From the NCBI GenBank assembly GCA_965644265.1, contig OZ286461.1:30442001-30506000 (forward strand): a stretch of 64,000 nt of DNA, given 5' to 3'. Source of the DNA: Glycera tridactyla (lineage: Eukaryota). Positions within the stretch are counted from its first letter, which is position 1. The number at the start of each line of letters is the position of its first letter. The notes under the pieces are model-generated. The model was not told the origin of the DNA, searched no databases, and saw only the letters and a list, made by a program, of their open reading frames with translations. Both the position numbers and the translations under genes were made by a program. This document shows, one piece after another, positions 1 through 13,559 of this stretch.

Positions 1-13
1 TTGATATATGATC

Positions 14-345
14 TCACTCCATCCAATCATCCATGCATGACAGTCGCCCCATCCAATCATCCATATATGACAGTCGCTCCATCCAATCATCAATGTGTGA
101 CAGTCGCTCCATCCAATCATCGATATATGACAGTCGCTCCATCCAATCATCCATGTGTGACAGTCGCTCCATCCAATCATCCATGTATGACAGTCGCTCC
201 ATCCAATCATCCATGTATGACAGTCGCTCCATCCAATCATCCATATATGACAGTCGCTCCATCCAATCATCCATGTATGACAGTCGCTCCATCCAATCAT
301 CCATATATGACAGTCGCTCCATTCAATCATCCATATATGACAGTC
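14..345. repeat. 30-bp minisatellite, about 11 copies
   Basis: Unit ATGACAGTCGCTCCATCCAATCATCCATRT repeated head to tail; explains the repetitive ORFs 1..447, 14..322 and 33..485. Confidence 0.95.
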
Positions 346-902
346 TTCACAAAAAAACTCTCATCGGAGAGCAGATCAGAAATATCACTTTTGAAAATAA
401 GATTACTCTCCCGAATCTGTGCATGCACGGAAAGGAAAAAAGTTTAAACTATGCTATTTTGACAGCAAGACATTTGTGTGAGTAATGATCTTATCAATAA
501 TATTCGAATTCCAAGTTATCTGTCATGTGAGTGAATACGTAAGTAACACCAACCCATGTTTTGCATGAAATTTGTGCAGGTATTTGCAAGGTCATCTGTT
601 AAGGAATGGTTTTTGTGGGGTCGCTGGAATAGAAAATGTGGTGTCCTCTCTTCATAATGAATTCATCACTTTTTGATCTAAGGGAAAATCCACATTCTCC
701 CATTGAGAGAGTCTGGTGTTTTGACTCTCCCAAAGCCCAATTCACTCTCCCCGGGATTCAAGAGAGTGGCTGGATTCGAAGACTTATATTTGGATCGATT
801 TGTAGGGATACTCCAAAGTCAATCTACAAGATACGTTTGACCACGCCCTATTGTACTGTGATTCAACTGGATGTGTGTTGATATTTGGTTTCACTATTTT
901 AG

Positions 903-1006
903 ATAAGAAGACGAGAGGCATAGTCGCAAAGCGTGGCCGGATAGAAACATCCACTAAGAAGACGGCTGCATCGAAGCCAAGTAATGAGGATCTTGAAGAT
1001 GCTGAG
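903..1006 (+). CDS. Probable internal exon of an unidentified gene (basic, K/R-rich region)
   Basis: TTTTAG| acceptor, |GTATGT donor, open frame DKKTRGIVAKRGRIETSTKKTAASKPSNEDLEDAE; ends in phase 0, compatible with the 2042 exon. Confidence 0.5.
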
Positions 1007-1161
1007 GTATGTTACAACCTCTTGGAGGACTGTGGTGTCGAGAATTTCATCTGGCTGACATTCGGCTAGTATCAGAATGTTTTTTCATCTCTTGGTCAGC
1101 ACTAGCCATCAGTCAAATAATCTTAATCTTGAACATGTGGCCAGATTCCTAATTGTTCATA

Positions 1162-1330
1162 CAGTGAAACCAGTGACGAGGGACTGCCCTAAATGACACC
1201 AAAATGTGGTCTCTCAAAAGAGGTGATCTTGCAAAAGAGGTATATTTGACTATCTCAAATAGAAAAGCTGCCCTAAACTCCTGGCCGAGGTGGTCTCTCA
1301 TTGGGGGGTCTCTCGCTGGACATAGTCACT
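1162..1330. mobile_element. CAGT-type (Tc1/mariner-pogo-like) MITE remnant
   Basis: Starts TA|CAGTGAAACC, internal GGTCTCTC motifs; related copies at ~1805-1915, 48711-48862 and 53217-53395. Confidence 0.5.
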
Positions 1331-2041
1331 ACTTATTTGATGGTGAAGTGGACCTTACACTGCTATGCAGAAGTGTTGCAGTACTCATTCATCTTATTAT
1401 TATTCAATCATGTATTGTCTTGTATTTATGTGAATAGCACCGAGTTCTTCTCATTTCCATCAATAAATTCATTGAATCCTAATTTTGAACCAGCTTCAAC
1501 CATGTATTTTGGATTTCTGAAATTCAGGAATACCTGGAAAGATGCGTATCTGAGCTCAAAGCAAATCAGTTAAGATTTTTGCGAGATCTTTGGATATGAC
1601 TATATAGCAGGGTTCGCACGGGACTCAAAAACTCCTTGAATTCATGGAAATGTTTAAGACCTTAAATATGCTGAAGTACTCCTTGAAAATGAGCATGACC
1701 ACTTGAATTACATCTGTGTTAGTTTTTCATAGTTGTCATACATATTCTATGAATGGATCAACTATTTTGGTAGTGTCTGATATTAGGGTTGCTGAAATTC
1801 AATACAGTAAGACCTGTTTTGTGAGACCCCTCTTCTTGGAGACTACCCTTTTTTGAGAGACTGCTCTTCATTGGTCTTCTTCTATTTGACATAGTCACTG
1901 GTTCTATCATGACCTGATAAGATATAGATTTTTGCAAGTAGTTTGTAGGTGTTATGAATTAATAGTGAAATACTATAAAGCAGCATGAACATTTATGCTG
2001 GAAGTGATACATTGCTTATGTTCTTCGTATTGTACTTTCAG

Positions 2042-2302
2042 AGTTCTCCTAAGAAGCGGCGCCGAAAGGATGCCAAAGCAGAGAAAAATTCTAGAAGAAC
2101 CCCCACTGATAGCTCATCAAGACGCTCGAAGAATACCAAGGGCAAGGTGCAAAAATCAGTGAAGGACAATGATCAAAAACCAACTGCAGCCACACAGAAG
2201 GGCAGAAAACGGACAGTGAAAGCCCTGAATGGTGTTGCACCTGAGGCCTTACCGGGCACCAATGGGCGCGCAGGTTTGAGGAGGAGCTGTAGAACAAAAT
2301 GA
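2042..2302 (+). CDS. Probable terminal coding exon of the same unidentified gene (NLS-like K/R-rich tail)
   Basis: TACTTTCAG| acceptor in phase 0, open frame SSPKKRRRKDAK...RRSCRTK to TGA at 2300-2302. No recognisable domain. Confidence 0.5.
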   Translation, partial: SSPKKRRRKDAKAEKNSRRTPTDSSSRRSKNTKGKVQKSVKDNDQKPTAATQKGRKRTVKALNGVAPEALPGTNGRAGLRRSCRTK

Positions 2303-3114
2303 TCCAGATGTGGGACCTGTATGCATGTGAATCACTGATACTTTCCTACAGCCACCAAAGTGTTCTCATATTATCAGCAGGGTATTAGCCAGCCGTACGT
2401 CCAGCCGTCATTTGGACCCCCTATCTTGATATTGGACGCCCTCTTGAATCAACAGGGTGCCCAGTAAGGCGTCCATTAATCCCCTTAGTCAAAACTAAGA
2501 CAATAGTACTAGAAACAACACCAGTTGCCCTCCAGGGCATCAAATTTAGTAAACAAACACAAGACAGTTAATCCCTGCCTAATTAATTAGTGGGGTAATC
2601 ACTTGCTCATTACCTTCCACCTCAAACTTTGTGGAGGGTCTAAGCCAGTGGACATCCCAGCCTCATTGAGGTAATCGTACTGCTACCTTATAGCCTGGTC
2701 ACAAATATTCTGATCTGTTTTCATTGCCTGAAATGCTCGATGAAATCACTGCCACTATAAAGCCTGATTGGTTTAATGGCATTACTACAGTCAAGATTCA
2801 GCTTTAGAATATAAAATTGTGTTCTATAACAGAACAGATCCATATGCTGGATCGAGATCATTTGCAGGATTTCAGATATTTCCTGTCTTCAAGTGAAGCT
2901 TAAATTTTGAAACTGACTAAGAGACAGCTAGCAGAACTCCTGTAATAGAAAAACTAAGTTAAATGAAGGTCATTTATAAATCAATATAAGATATTCAGGA
3001 AAGCATTGTAATATTACTTCAGGGCATGCTGAAACTACCTGTCCGCGTTATTTTTCTCATATTCGGAAAATGTCGTCCACGCTATTTTTCTGGCTTTGAG
3101 AAATATTTGGACAC

Positions 3115-3759
3115 CAGGGTTCGCACTGACTCTGGAAATGTTCTGGAAATCATTACCTATACTGGAAATGTTCTGGAAAACATGTTTTTCACTTTATTGT
3201 TCTGGAAAAATACTGGAATTTTGAGATTTGCACTCTGGAACTCATACCTATGTTCTGGAGATCAGCAAATACCTATTACAGGGTTCGCACTGACTCTGGA
3301 AATGTTCTGGAAATCATTACCTATACTGGAAATGTTCTGGAAAACATGTTTTTCACTTTATTGTTCTGGAAAAATACTGGAATTTTGAGATTTGCACTCT
3401 GGAACTCATACCTATGTTCTGGAGATCAGCAAATACCTATTAATTTCACTTATTTTTGCTGATTGACAGTGCACACTGTTGACATCAATAGTTCTGATAG
3501 ATCTCAAAATGACCACCAGGATGTAACGTGAAAAATCGTGATCACCATCATAATGGAGAATTTCAGAAAACTCAGTGGTTCAGACATACTACCTCTAGTC
3601 ACTGATGCTGCACATATTAAATCACCATCAATTATGAGGCATTCCTTTTGAAAACCATGAATTTATTGGTTGTGTGTGTTCTGAAAATTCCTCATGGTGT
3701 ACTGGAAATGTTCTGGAAAAACTCTGGAATTTTTTCGTAAGAACCTTGTATGAACCATG
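3115..3759. mobile_element. MITE with CAGGGTTCGCAC-type TIR and a 164-bp tandem duplication of its left end
   Basis: CAGGGTTCGCAC at 3115 and 3279 (units 3115-3278 and 3279-3442 near identical); degenerate right TIR GTATGAACCATG at 3748-3759; related start at ~1608. Confidence 0.65.
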
Positions 3760-4759
3760 AAGATGAGTAATCAGTATGTTTATCAGTGTCTTCCTCATCT
3801 CACTAGTAGTTACATCGTTCGATATGCCATCTTTAGGTCCATCAGCAATATTTGAAGCTCATAACGGTGTGTCTGAACTGTCTGCTACTTCCATTTGACA
3901 AACCTCCTGGTTAATTACCATTATCTTGTGTTCAGGGTTTGTGAGAGTGATGCTATCAGGCTCAGATCAGATCATCCAGCTTCCATGGATCGGGAACATA
4001 CCCTGTGTGATTCCTTTGGGTGGTCACATGCCATCAAACTTAATACAATCTATCAGTCGATCAAACATCCAGGAAGCAGTATTCGGTCAAAATCTCATGT
4101 CAGGTCCCAGATGAATGTGTACATGTATGTGAATGTTATAAAAATCATTCAGATCAAATTGAGCATTTAGATGCAGATCTGTGATCTCAATCATCGAGAT
4201 TAAATGTGTTTTGAGGAAAAGAGACAGATCAAAGATTGCATTTTTTGTTTTGAATTGATCTTATCACATCATCTACTGACATGCTCTGAGTGGCATTGCT
4301 TATCATAGGTATTTATTGTCAATGAATTTAAAGAAGGTTATTTTAAACTTCATGATGTACCTGGACAATTATCTGCTTATAGGGCTCTGAAAAGTATTCC
4401 AGGGCTCTAAGACAACCTTGATAATGCCCTAAATTTTATAAATCGAGTCCTGTGGTATTCCTGTTAGTTAGACTAATTTATCCTTTCCATATTCATATTC
4501 ATTCAATAAGGATTCATATTTATGCAATAAGTTATTGTGGAATTATTCATGACCAGCAGTAGTGAGTGCATTACACTATATTCTCTTGTGATTCTGAGCC
4601 TGTGTACTATTACAAAGGACCAACTATTGTGGAAGCTGATTTAAATTTACTTGTGCCATACATGTGAGTAGAATCATTGATGAGTCGCATTCTGTAGTAT
4701 TGGCATCTCCAATAGTTGACTCGCATGCATGGCAACTGCTGATGGAGCTATGTATATTA

Positions 4760-4922
4760 CAGTGATGCCAATGGGATGAAGCTGAATTTTCGGAATTTTT
4801 TCTGAAACTACCTTATCATATCATTAAAAGTATTTATTTTGAAACTCCCAAGCAGATTATAGCAATTTCGGAAATTATCATTTTTCACCTAATTTTCGGA
4901 TTTCCGAAAATTGGCACCACTG
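4760..4922. mobile_element. Short MITE
   Basis: TIR CAGTGATGCCAAT / ATTGGCACCACTG; ATATTA directly flanks both sides. Confidence 0.6.
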
Positions 4923-6360
4923 ATATTATATACACTGCATTCACCTAGGCCATCACACAGGCCATCTGGACCTCTAACATTGCATTTGACACACACAAAC
5001 AAGCAGAAACTACCAATCATTTCATGGCGAGACAGGCGAGTTAATTTAAATTCGCCTGTTCAAAGGGCAGGTGGAAAATGATGATAAATGTGATGAACAC
5101 CCCAGCTAGTCAAGTAGTTAGGTAATACAGTATATGTACCATATTTCGTCATAGTTTTATTTCTTTTAGTTAGAGGGGTGTATCTAAACAGTCAAGTACT
5201 TCCACTTAACACCGCTCTTATTTCACACTGTACGATCCATCCAGCGCTCATAGAATTAAATACTCATCATGAATCATTCCATATCTTGATACATGCTGTC
5301 AAACTCCAACCAGCCAGTCAGCCATCTTAAAATAGTGGTCCCTGGTTACTAGCATATGATATCCAGTAACCACAGCCCTACAATAAGGAATACGTCCCAT
5401 GCATTCACACATGAACATGTACACTCGAAAAAGTAACATTCATAATTCAATGTGAAGTTCAAATTGGCACCCTGTCAAAGATAGTCCTGTTTGTTGAGGC
5501 TGTTTCAACTGACAGATTCATGTTTTTCATGTCTACATCATCAACTATGCCTTGAAATTGATACTCAGGGTGTTTAAAATTCCTCGAATTCAGTGATAGT
5601 GTAGCTATATGAACCACAATTGATGTATCCCATCAACAGGAAGTTGAGTATGAATGATAAAACTTGAATGTGATTATTATATACAACAAATTCTCCACAC
5701 AAAGCTCTTTTTCTATAGAAAAGTAATATGTGAAGAAAAAAAATTCTGATATTATTTTGCTCAGGTTTTTTTATGATTAGATTCAGTATAGTCTCTGCCT
5801 ATATGGGTGTTTTCTCAGATGGACATGATTTTAACTCCTGTGAGTATTCTTGTTTTTAGATGTATGTATGTATCTAGATGAGGGAACAAAATATACTGAG
5901 ACATGTGATGTTAGCTGAAATCAAAACTAATTCACTGCCATCCTTTCAGATATAGCATTGTGCAGCCTTCTTATTTTAAGATAATGTACATATTTTACAT
6001 TGATTATCTGTGCTATACTGTCCATTATGTTTTTACATTGTCATTGATCGAAACTGCCTGTGCGATAAAGTCTGTTTCCATGATCTCATACTGAAACTGT
6101 TGATGTTTGTTGTCAAGTACTCTTGGATATAACATTATGACACTGTACTATCCAGTATTTTGTGGATAAATTTAGTTTTTTAGATGTATATTTGATGGTT
6201 TCTTTGAACTGTACTGATCAGTCTGTTACATGTGAGTAAAGTGTTTTTGCAGTACAGTGTTTCTTTATTTCTTATTTTGTCGCAGAGAATCATCTGTGGG
6301 TCTTTGGAAATGGTTGCCGGAATGCATAATTATGAGTTGGATGATAAATATCAGACTCAT

Positions 6361-8469
6361 TTTTACCTCGTCTCAACGAAGTTGAGGGGAGGTATTGCGG
6401 TCACTCCGGCGTCGGCGTCGGCGTCGGCGTCCTCATCTGCGTTAAGGTCAGCGTTAAGGTCATGTTGAAGTCCCTTTGCTCAGCAACTAGAGGGCCTAGC
6501 TCCATATGATTGGGCACACATATACTTCAGTACATTTGCTATTGAATCCAGCCATCATCGAGGTGCCATCTCAATGTTCTGCTTGATTAATTTTGGGTTG
6601 AAACTTGTGTTTTCTGAAGTGATGGGACTCTGTCATTTGGGGCAATGTTGAAGTCATGTTAAAGTCACATTGCTCAGCACCTAGAGTGCCCAGCTCCATG
6701 GAATATGGCATGCATATACTTCAGTACATCTACTAATGAATCCAGCCATCATCAAGGTAGCATCCCAGTGTTCTGCTTGATTAATTCTGGGATGAAAATT
6801 GGGTTTTTTGAAGTGATGGGACTTAGCCATCTATGAGCTATTTCTGATGATCCGATTTATTCATGTTCAGTTTGCATTTGATTCTCCACATGTGTCTTTA
6901 TCCCCTGTGATTGTATATTGCCCATGAAAGACTGATATGTGCGAGATGGTGATTTTGGGGCAAAAAATCACTTTTTTGAAATGAATGAACTTGGTCATTT
7001 CTGGTGAGTTTTTCAGTACCCAGCCACCCCAAACTTGATACAGAGGGATCTCATAGCATTCCTTAATGAATGCAAGTCATGGATGGGGTCTCCCAAGAGG
7101 CCTGGTTGGTTTTGGGGTGAAAATTGGTTTTTCAGAAATGGATTTTTCTGAAGATGTTGGCCATCCGTAGCCACACCAAACTTGGCATAGATGCAGTTCA
7201 TAGCATTCCCTAGTGAATGCGAGCCATAGATGGGGTCTCCCAACAGGCCTGGTCGGTTTTGGGGTGAAAATTGGTTTTTCAGAAATGGATTTTTCTAAAG
7301 AAGGAGGCTGTTCATAGCCACACCATACTTGTTACAGATGTACTTGATAGCATTCTCTAATGAATGCTAGCCATAGATAGGGTCTCCCATTAGGCCTGGT
7401 TGGTTTTGGGGTGAAAGTTGCTTTTTCAGAAATGGATTCCTGAAGATGTTGGCTGTCTGTAGCCACACCAAACTTGGCATAGATGCAGTTCATAGCATTC
7501 CCTAGTGAATGCGAGCCATAGATGGGGTCTCCCAACAGGTCTGGTTGGTTTTGGGGTGAAAATTGCTTTTTCAGAAATGGATTTTTCTAAAGAAGGAGGC
7601 TGTTCATAGCCACACCATACTTGTTACAGATGTACTTGATAGCATTCTCTAATGAATGCTAGTCATAGATAGGGTCTCCTATTAGGCCTGGTTGGTTTTG
7701 GGGTGAAAATTGTTTTTTCAGAAATGGATTTTCCTGAAGATGTTGGCTGTCTGTAGCCTCAGCAAACTTGGCATGGATGTAGTTCATAGCATTCCCTAAT
7801 GAATGCTTGCCATAGATGGGGTCTCCGAACAGGCCTGGTTGGTTTTGGGGTGAAAATTGCTTTTTCAGAAATGGATTTTTCTAAAGAAGGTGGCTGTTCA
7901 TAGCAACACCATACTTGGTACAGATGTACTTAATAGCATTCCCTAATGAATGCTAGCCATAAATAGGGTCTCCCATTAGGCCTGGTTGGTTTTGGGGTGA
8001 AAATTGTTTTTCAGAAATGGACTTTTCTGAAGATGTTGGCTGTCCGTAGCCACTCCAAACTTGATACAGATGCAATTTATATCATTCTCTAATGAATGCC
8101 AGCAAGGGATCAGGGTTCCTGACAATGCTGATCGACTTTTGGGACAAAAGTGGATTTTCAGGAATGGATTTTTCCTAAAGATTGTTGCTGCCCCTAGCCA
8201 CACACTAAACTTGACACAGATGCCTTTCATAGCATTCTTTCACAAATGCCTGTAATGGATGGGGACTGATGACAACCTTGCTTGATTTTGGGGACAAAAA
8301 TGTAAATGTGAACCAGACGTGACTTCTGATGAGCATCAGCTGATAGATCCAACCTTTGTTTGAAAATTGATTTCCACAGCATGAGTTGGGTTATCTATGT
8401 GTTACATATATTTGAGGCGTTCGAGTTGGCTTCGTTGAGACGAGGTCCGCCTTCAGTGAAGGCTATGTT
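6361..8469 (+). mobile_element. Helentron-associated non-autonomous element (HINE/DINE-1-like) #1
   Basis: T-rich start; subTIR ACCTCGTCTCAACGAAG (6365-6381) and its reverse complement at 8430-8446; (GGCGTC)n microsatellite at ~6408-6431; central tandem array; 3' stem-loop GCCTTCAGTGAAGGC (8449-8463). Confidence 0.8.
7010..8290. repeat. ~147-bp tandem array (about 9 monomers) with alternating a/b subtypes (~294-bp higher-order unit)
   Basis: Monomer anchors near 7024, 7170, 7320, 7464, 7609, 7757, 7905, 8050 and 8196; TTGGCATAGATGCAGTTC alternates with TTGTTACAGATGTACTTG. Confidence 0.9.
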
Positions 8470-8508
8470 GTTGAAATGACACTTCATGTGTCTGTGATTT
8501 TCATATCA

Positions 8509-10355
8509 TTTTTATACCCCGCTTTTGAAAAAGCGGGGTATAATAGTTTCACCTCCGGCGTCCGTACGTACGTACGTACGTACATACGTACGACCGTCCG
8601 CTCACATTTCATGCAATAACTTTGAATTGGCTGGTTCAATTTTCATGAAACTTCATAACTGTGATCTATGAAAAAATCGTATTCGAGAATTTGATTTTCG
8701 TACCCAAAGGTCAAAGGTCAAGGTCACAAGCTATTTATAGATTTTCTTATTTTACACTCTAACTCAAGTTAGCCTCAATGGATATGCACCAAACTTACAT
8801 GAAGTAATGACCCAATGTTGGGCCACCTCCCTTTCGATGCATGTGACCCTAGGTCAAAGGTCAAGGTCACAGGAGCTTTTTATAGATTTTTCCCATTTTA
8901 CACTCTAACTCAAGCGAGCTTAGATGGATATGCACCAAACTTACACAAAGTAATGACCTAATGGTAGGCCACCTCCCTTTCGATGTATGTGACCCCAGGT
9001 CGAAGGTCAAGGTCACAGGAGCTATTTATAGATTTCCCCATTTTACACTCTAACTCAAGCGAGCTTTGATGGATATTCACCAAACTTACACAAAGTAATG
9101 ACTTAATGGTAGGCCACCTCCTTTTCGATGCATGTGACCCCAGGTCAAAGGTCACAGGAGCTATTTATAAATTTTCTTTTTTCACACTCTAACTCAAGTT
9201 AGCCTGAATGGATATGCATCAAAGTCACGCAAAGTAATGACTTAGTGGTAGGCCACCTCCCTTTCGATGCGTGTGACCCTAGGTCAAAGGTCAAGGTCAC
9301 AGGAGCTATTTATAGATTTCCTCATTTTACACTCTACCTCAAGCGAGCTTCGATGGATATGCACCCAACTCACACAAAGTAATGACCTAATGGTAGGCCA
9401 CCTCCCTTTCGATGCATGTGACCCCAGGTCAAAGGTCAAGGTCACGGGAGCTATTTATAGATTTCCCCATTTTACACTCTAACTCAAGCCAGCTTTGATG
9501 GATATGCACCAAACTTACACAAATTAATGACCTAATGGTAGGCCACCTCCCTTTCGATGCATGTGACCCCAGGTCAAAGGTCAAGGTCATATGAGTTATT
9601 TATAGATTTTCCCATTTTACACTCTAATTCAAGCCAGCTCTGATGGATATTCACCAAACTTACACAATGTAATGACTTGATGGTAGGCCACCTCCCTTTC
9701 GATGTATGTGACCCCATGTCAAAGGTCAAGGTCACAGGAACTATTTACAGACTTTCCCATTTCACACTCTAACTCGAGCGAGATGGATATGCATCAAACT
9801 TACACAAAGTAATGACCTAATGGTAGGCCACCTCCTTTATGATGCATTTGATCCTAGGTCAAAGGTCAAGGTCACAGGAACTATTCATAAATTTTCTCAT
9901 TTCACACTCCAGCTCAAGCTTGCATTGATCGATATGCACCGAAGTTTCACAACGTAAAGACCCAATGGTGAGATATCTCCCATTTGATGCATGTGACCCT
10001 GCGTCAAAGGTCAAGGCCATAGAAGCTATTTTTAAATTTCCGCATCTCACACAATAACTCAGGCTAGCATTGTTGGATGAAGATCAAACTGATCTGGGAT
10101 GATCAAGCAATGTTACAACATCTCTCTTACAATGCATGTGACCCTAAGTCATAGGTCAAGGTGAATGTTTTAGGTGCTACTACATATGTATCAGATTTTC
10201 TTATTCTACACAGTGATCCAGTGACTTATTACATAGCCAACCAAACATCTCAATGACCTTTTCCGATATGGGTTACCCACTGTGCTCCAGTGTGCGATAT
10301 GGGTTACCCACTATGCTCCCGTGTACGGGGTATATTGCCCCTCTGTGGCCTTGTT
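8509..10355 (+). mobile_element. HINE/DINE-1-like element #2
   Basis: 5' palindrome TATACCCCGCTTT-TGAA-AAAGCGGGGTATA (8513-8542); (CGTA)n microsatellite; central array; 3' subTIR CGGGGTATA (10326-10334) followed by a short hairpin and TTGTT. Confidence 0.85.
8700..10170. repeat. ~145-bp tandem array (about 11 monomers) containing AGGTCAAAGGTCAAGGTCA
   Basis: AGGTCA anchors at 8851, 8997, 9142, 9281, 9426, 9571, 9716, 9856, 10001 and 10146. Confidence 0.95.
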
Positions 10356-12470
10356 CCAACTGTTGATGACCCAAGATGAGTACATGTATTCATTGATATT
10401 ATACTCAGGAAATATTGAACAGGTAATTAACCTCTGAATCAGGAGCTACATGTATGTTATGCATCATTAGGTGAATATTGTGTCCTACCAATCATACATG
10501 TAGTAGAATGAGGATCTCATCGCAGATTTCTTTGATCCAAAGAAGCATGATATCAGCCTGAAACATCACATATGAGAGGAGGAACGCTCACATAATTCAA
10601 TGCTAACGACAAGTCATTTGCTGTTTGCCAGGGATCCCTAGCCTTAGATGAATTCTAGAAATACATGAAGTTCATGTAGATAGTACTGCTTTCATCACTA
10701 TTTAGAATCAGTGATGCCAGTTCGAAATCAGAAAGTTCCTTGAATTGGGCTGGTTCCAAATCTGGAGCTTGTGGAAGTATAGTGGTATTACAATATGACT
10801 GAGTTCCATAGAGGAGTCTCAAGATATGGATGCCGCAGATGTCACCCGGTGTTCATGATTTTCATATCATTTCAGCTACCACTGAGGAGTGAGTTGAGGT
10901 GGGAGTCCAGGGTCTATAGATGGCATCCCCCAATGGGTGTGGGACATTTACTTTGAAGTGTTGCCATTGGAAGAGTTCACACCTTCCATGAGAATACTGG
11001 GTGGTTCAATCCCCACGCAGACAAACATGGCTCACTCATGAACAGCTTGTGAAATTCATACCCTTCTCACTATTGTATGTGATTTTCAAACATCCTTTGA
11101 GGGGCCTTTTATGTGATATCAACCCAAGCTAGGGGCCACTGAGGTGTCTTGAGCTCACTACTTGTAATGTTTCATAAATGTTGGTAGTTCCCGAGAATTT
11201 CTGGCGATTTCATGTGGAATTGTCCCTCCAATATGTTGATAAATGGCTTTATTGAAAAATTGTGATGCCTGTTTGCAATCATATTTCGCTGTAGCTCTTG
11301 GTGGATGAAAAACTATTCGACCTATTAAGTTCAAATTCAGACCAAACCTGTAGCTCATTAGGTCATTCACTAGTAATCAGTTGTTTTCATATTTGGTATG
11401 TGAGTTGCATATTGCAATGTTTCACACGAAAGTTCCAGGTTTCACCCTGCGATTGTTACTTGGGTGTTATGAGGTTAAAGGTCAGGGTCGCTGGTACCTC
11501 TTATGTATGTATAAGCTGCCTGTCTGTGGACGATGTTGTCTCAGGATGATATCTCAAGTTTTTTCATTTATTTATTTCATATCATGTACACACATCACCC
11601 CACCCATGTGGAGAGGAAGGTTCCTATTGATTTTGGCGTAATTAGGTCAAAGGTCAAGGTCATAGGAGGTCATGCATGAGAAATCACATTTTTTGCTCCT
11701 CTGACCTCAATTTCCAATTAAGTGCTACCATATTCGGTATGTGTACTGTGAACTTTTGCACATAAGTTCCGAGGTTTTATCCTGCCATTGTTACTCTAGG
11801 CATCATGTGGTCAAATGTCAGCGTCATTGTCCTAACTCCAAAATGGCTAAGATGAGTGTTTGATGTACCGTACTGAAAATCTTGATGGAAGTGGCTGGCA
11901 CTCTCAGCAGGGCACCGCACCCGAGTCCATCGTGTTTTTTCTTGCTCCTACATCTTCCCATATGTGAATAATGTAGTGCTTACAACTGCATCAGAAAAAC
12001 ATCACTATACACCCAGGAAGTATGGAATTACGTGCCTAACAATAATACGTGACTGGTGGCAACTGTCCTATGGTTGTGCATCACTTGTATAAAAAGAGAT
12101 TGCCTTTTTGTGATCTCCGTTGGAGATCACTATGCTATCACCTCGCTGCTCGAAATGCTTTCTAACTTCGTCGATTCTGACTCTGGAGGCTGATATAATC
12201 AAACGAATCTTGATAGGATCTGTGTACAAGGATCAAATGATCTAATCTAACACAATTTCGAGATGATTCATCGAACTGATTGACGACAATTTGAGGAAAT
12301 GTACCGATTACGTAATGGACATTTCGCCATACATTCGTTTTTGTTGCCGATTACCGAAGCACACAGATATGACGGTTCCGAGATGTATAGCTACGCACAA
12401 ATAGTAAATGCCTGTCAATCAAGCTCTTTGGGCACGCCCACTTCGATGTTGACATGTGATTCCTGATGTC

Positions 12471-12664
12471 TGATTGGCTGGTTTTACACACGCTATCTAC
12501 AACTTCATTCATGAATCGGCGCATTGATCCATGAAACCTGGTAATGAGGTTCGAAGAAGAAGCACTACTTTACTCCCCTACGAACTATCATATCAATCAA
12601 AACACAGATTTTTCAAGATTTATACATGGAGGTAAGACGAATGGATGTCGAGGAATCAAGAGAC

Positions 12665-12714
<50 letters not shown>

Positions 12715-13150
12715 GATTCGGCGAAAGTAGTCCCGGCTCTGTTTGTGATGAAATGTGGCCATAATGGTACAAGACAAATCCACTGGTGGCTTGCTCATGC
12801 CTCTCTGCCCCATATTCCTGAAGGAGGGCTTGTCAATACCCCACTCATCCGTCTTTCTCTCTGTCACGCCCACTTCGAAAAAGTAGTGCTTCTTGTTTGC
12901 ACCTCATTACCAGGTTTCATGGAGAAATATCAAACACACTGTTGGAACAATCATCTGAATTGCTTCCTCGACATCCATTTGTCTTATCTGTATGCATGAA
13001 TCATAAAAAAAATCCGTGTTTTGGTCGATATGATCGTTTGTAGGGGTATAAAGTAGTGCTTCTTGTTCGCACCTCATTACCAGGTTTCATGGATCACTGC
13101 GCCGATTCATGAATGAAGTTGTAGATAACGTGCGTAAAACCAGCCAATCA
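12471..13150. repeat. ~115-bp imperfect inverted repeat (foldback element) enclosing a (GA)n(GACA)n microsatellite
   Basis: 12471-12585 is the reverse complement of 13036-13150; microsatellite at ~12660-12713; partial third copy at ~12880-12925. Confidence 0.8.
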
Positions 13151-13559
13151 AAAGGCAGCACTCGGAGATCACTCAGCGCAGCTTTGCGCTCTTGTTAGGT
13201 TTACTGGTGGATGTAGAGGTGGGCTGTTGGAGGGGGGGGGGGCGGAAGTTGTCAATGGGTGGGGGAAGAACATGGAGTCATTCCAGCACATACAGCAGAG
13301 GGTCATTCTGACATGGACAAACATGGGGACATTCCAGCATGTACAACACTCGTGTTTACCCCCCTTGAACTAATAATGTATCATGTACATATATAGGGAC
13401 GGACATATAGAGATGCAATGTAAAGAATGAAAAAACACATATAAGGGTATAGTCACAGCCACTTTTAAAACTTTTGGCGATTCTCAGGCAATTTCGGAGA
13501 CTTTTTTGGATCTTAAACTGACTCCTTTTATTGCATATCGTGCATATGGGTTCATATAT

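Noticed and set aside
14-345. CRISPR-like array or repetitive protein (ORFs 1..447 etc.)
   Set aside because: No unique spacers, pure 30-bp tandem repeat, no cas genes, eukaryotic context; the ORFs are by-products of a unit lacking stops.
10990-11100. GGTTCAATCCC B-box-like motif followed by GTGAAATTCATA, as a possible tRNA head of SINE-A
   Set aside because: No convincing A box or cloverleaf, and only weak similarity to the SINE-A 5' part.
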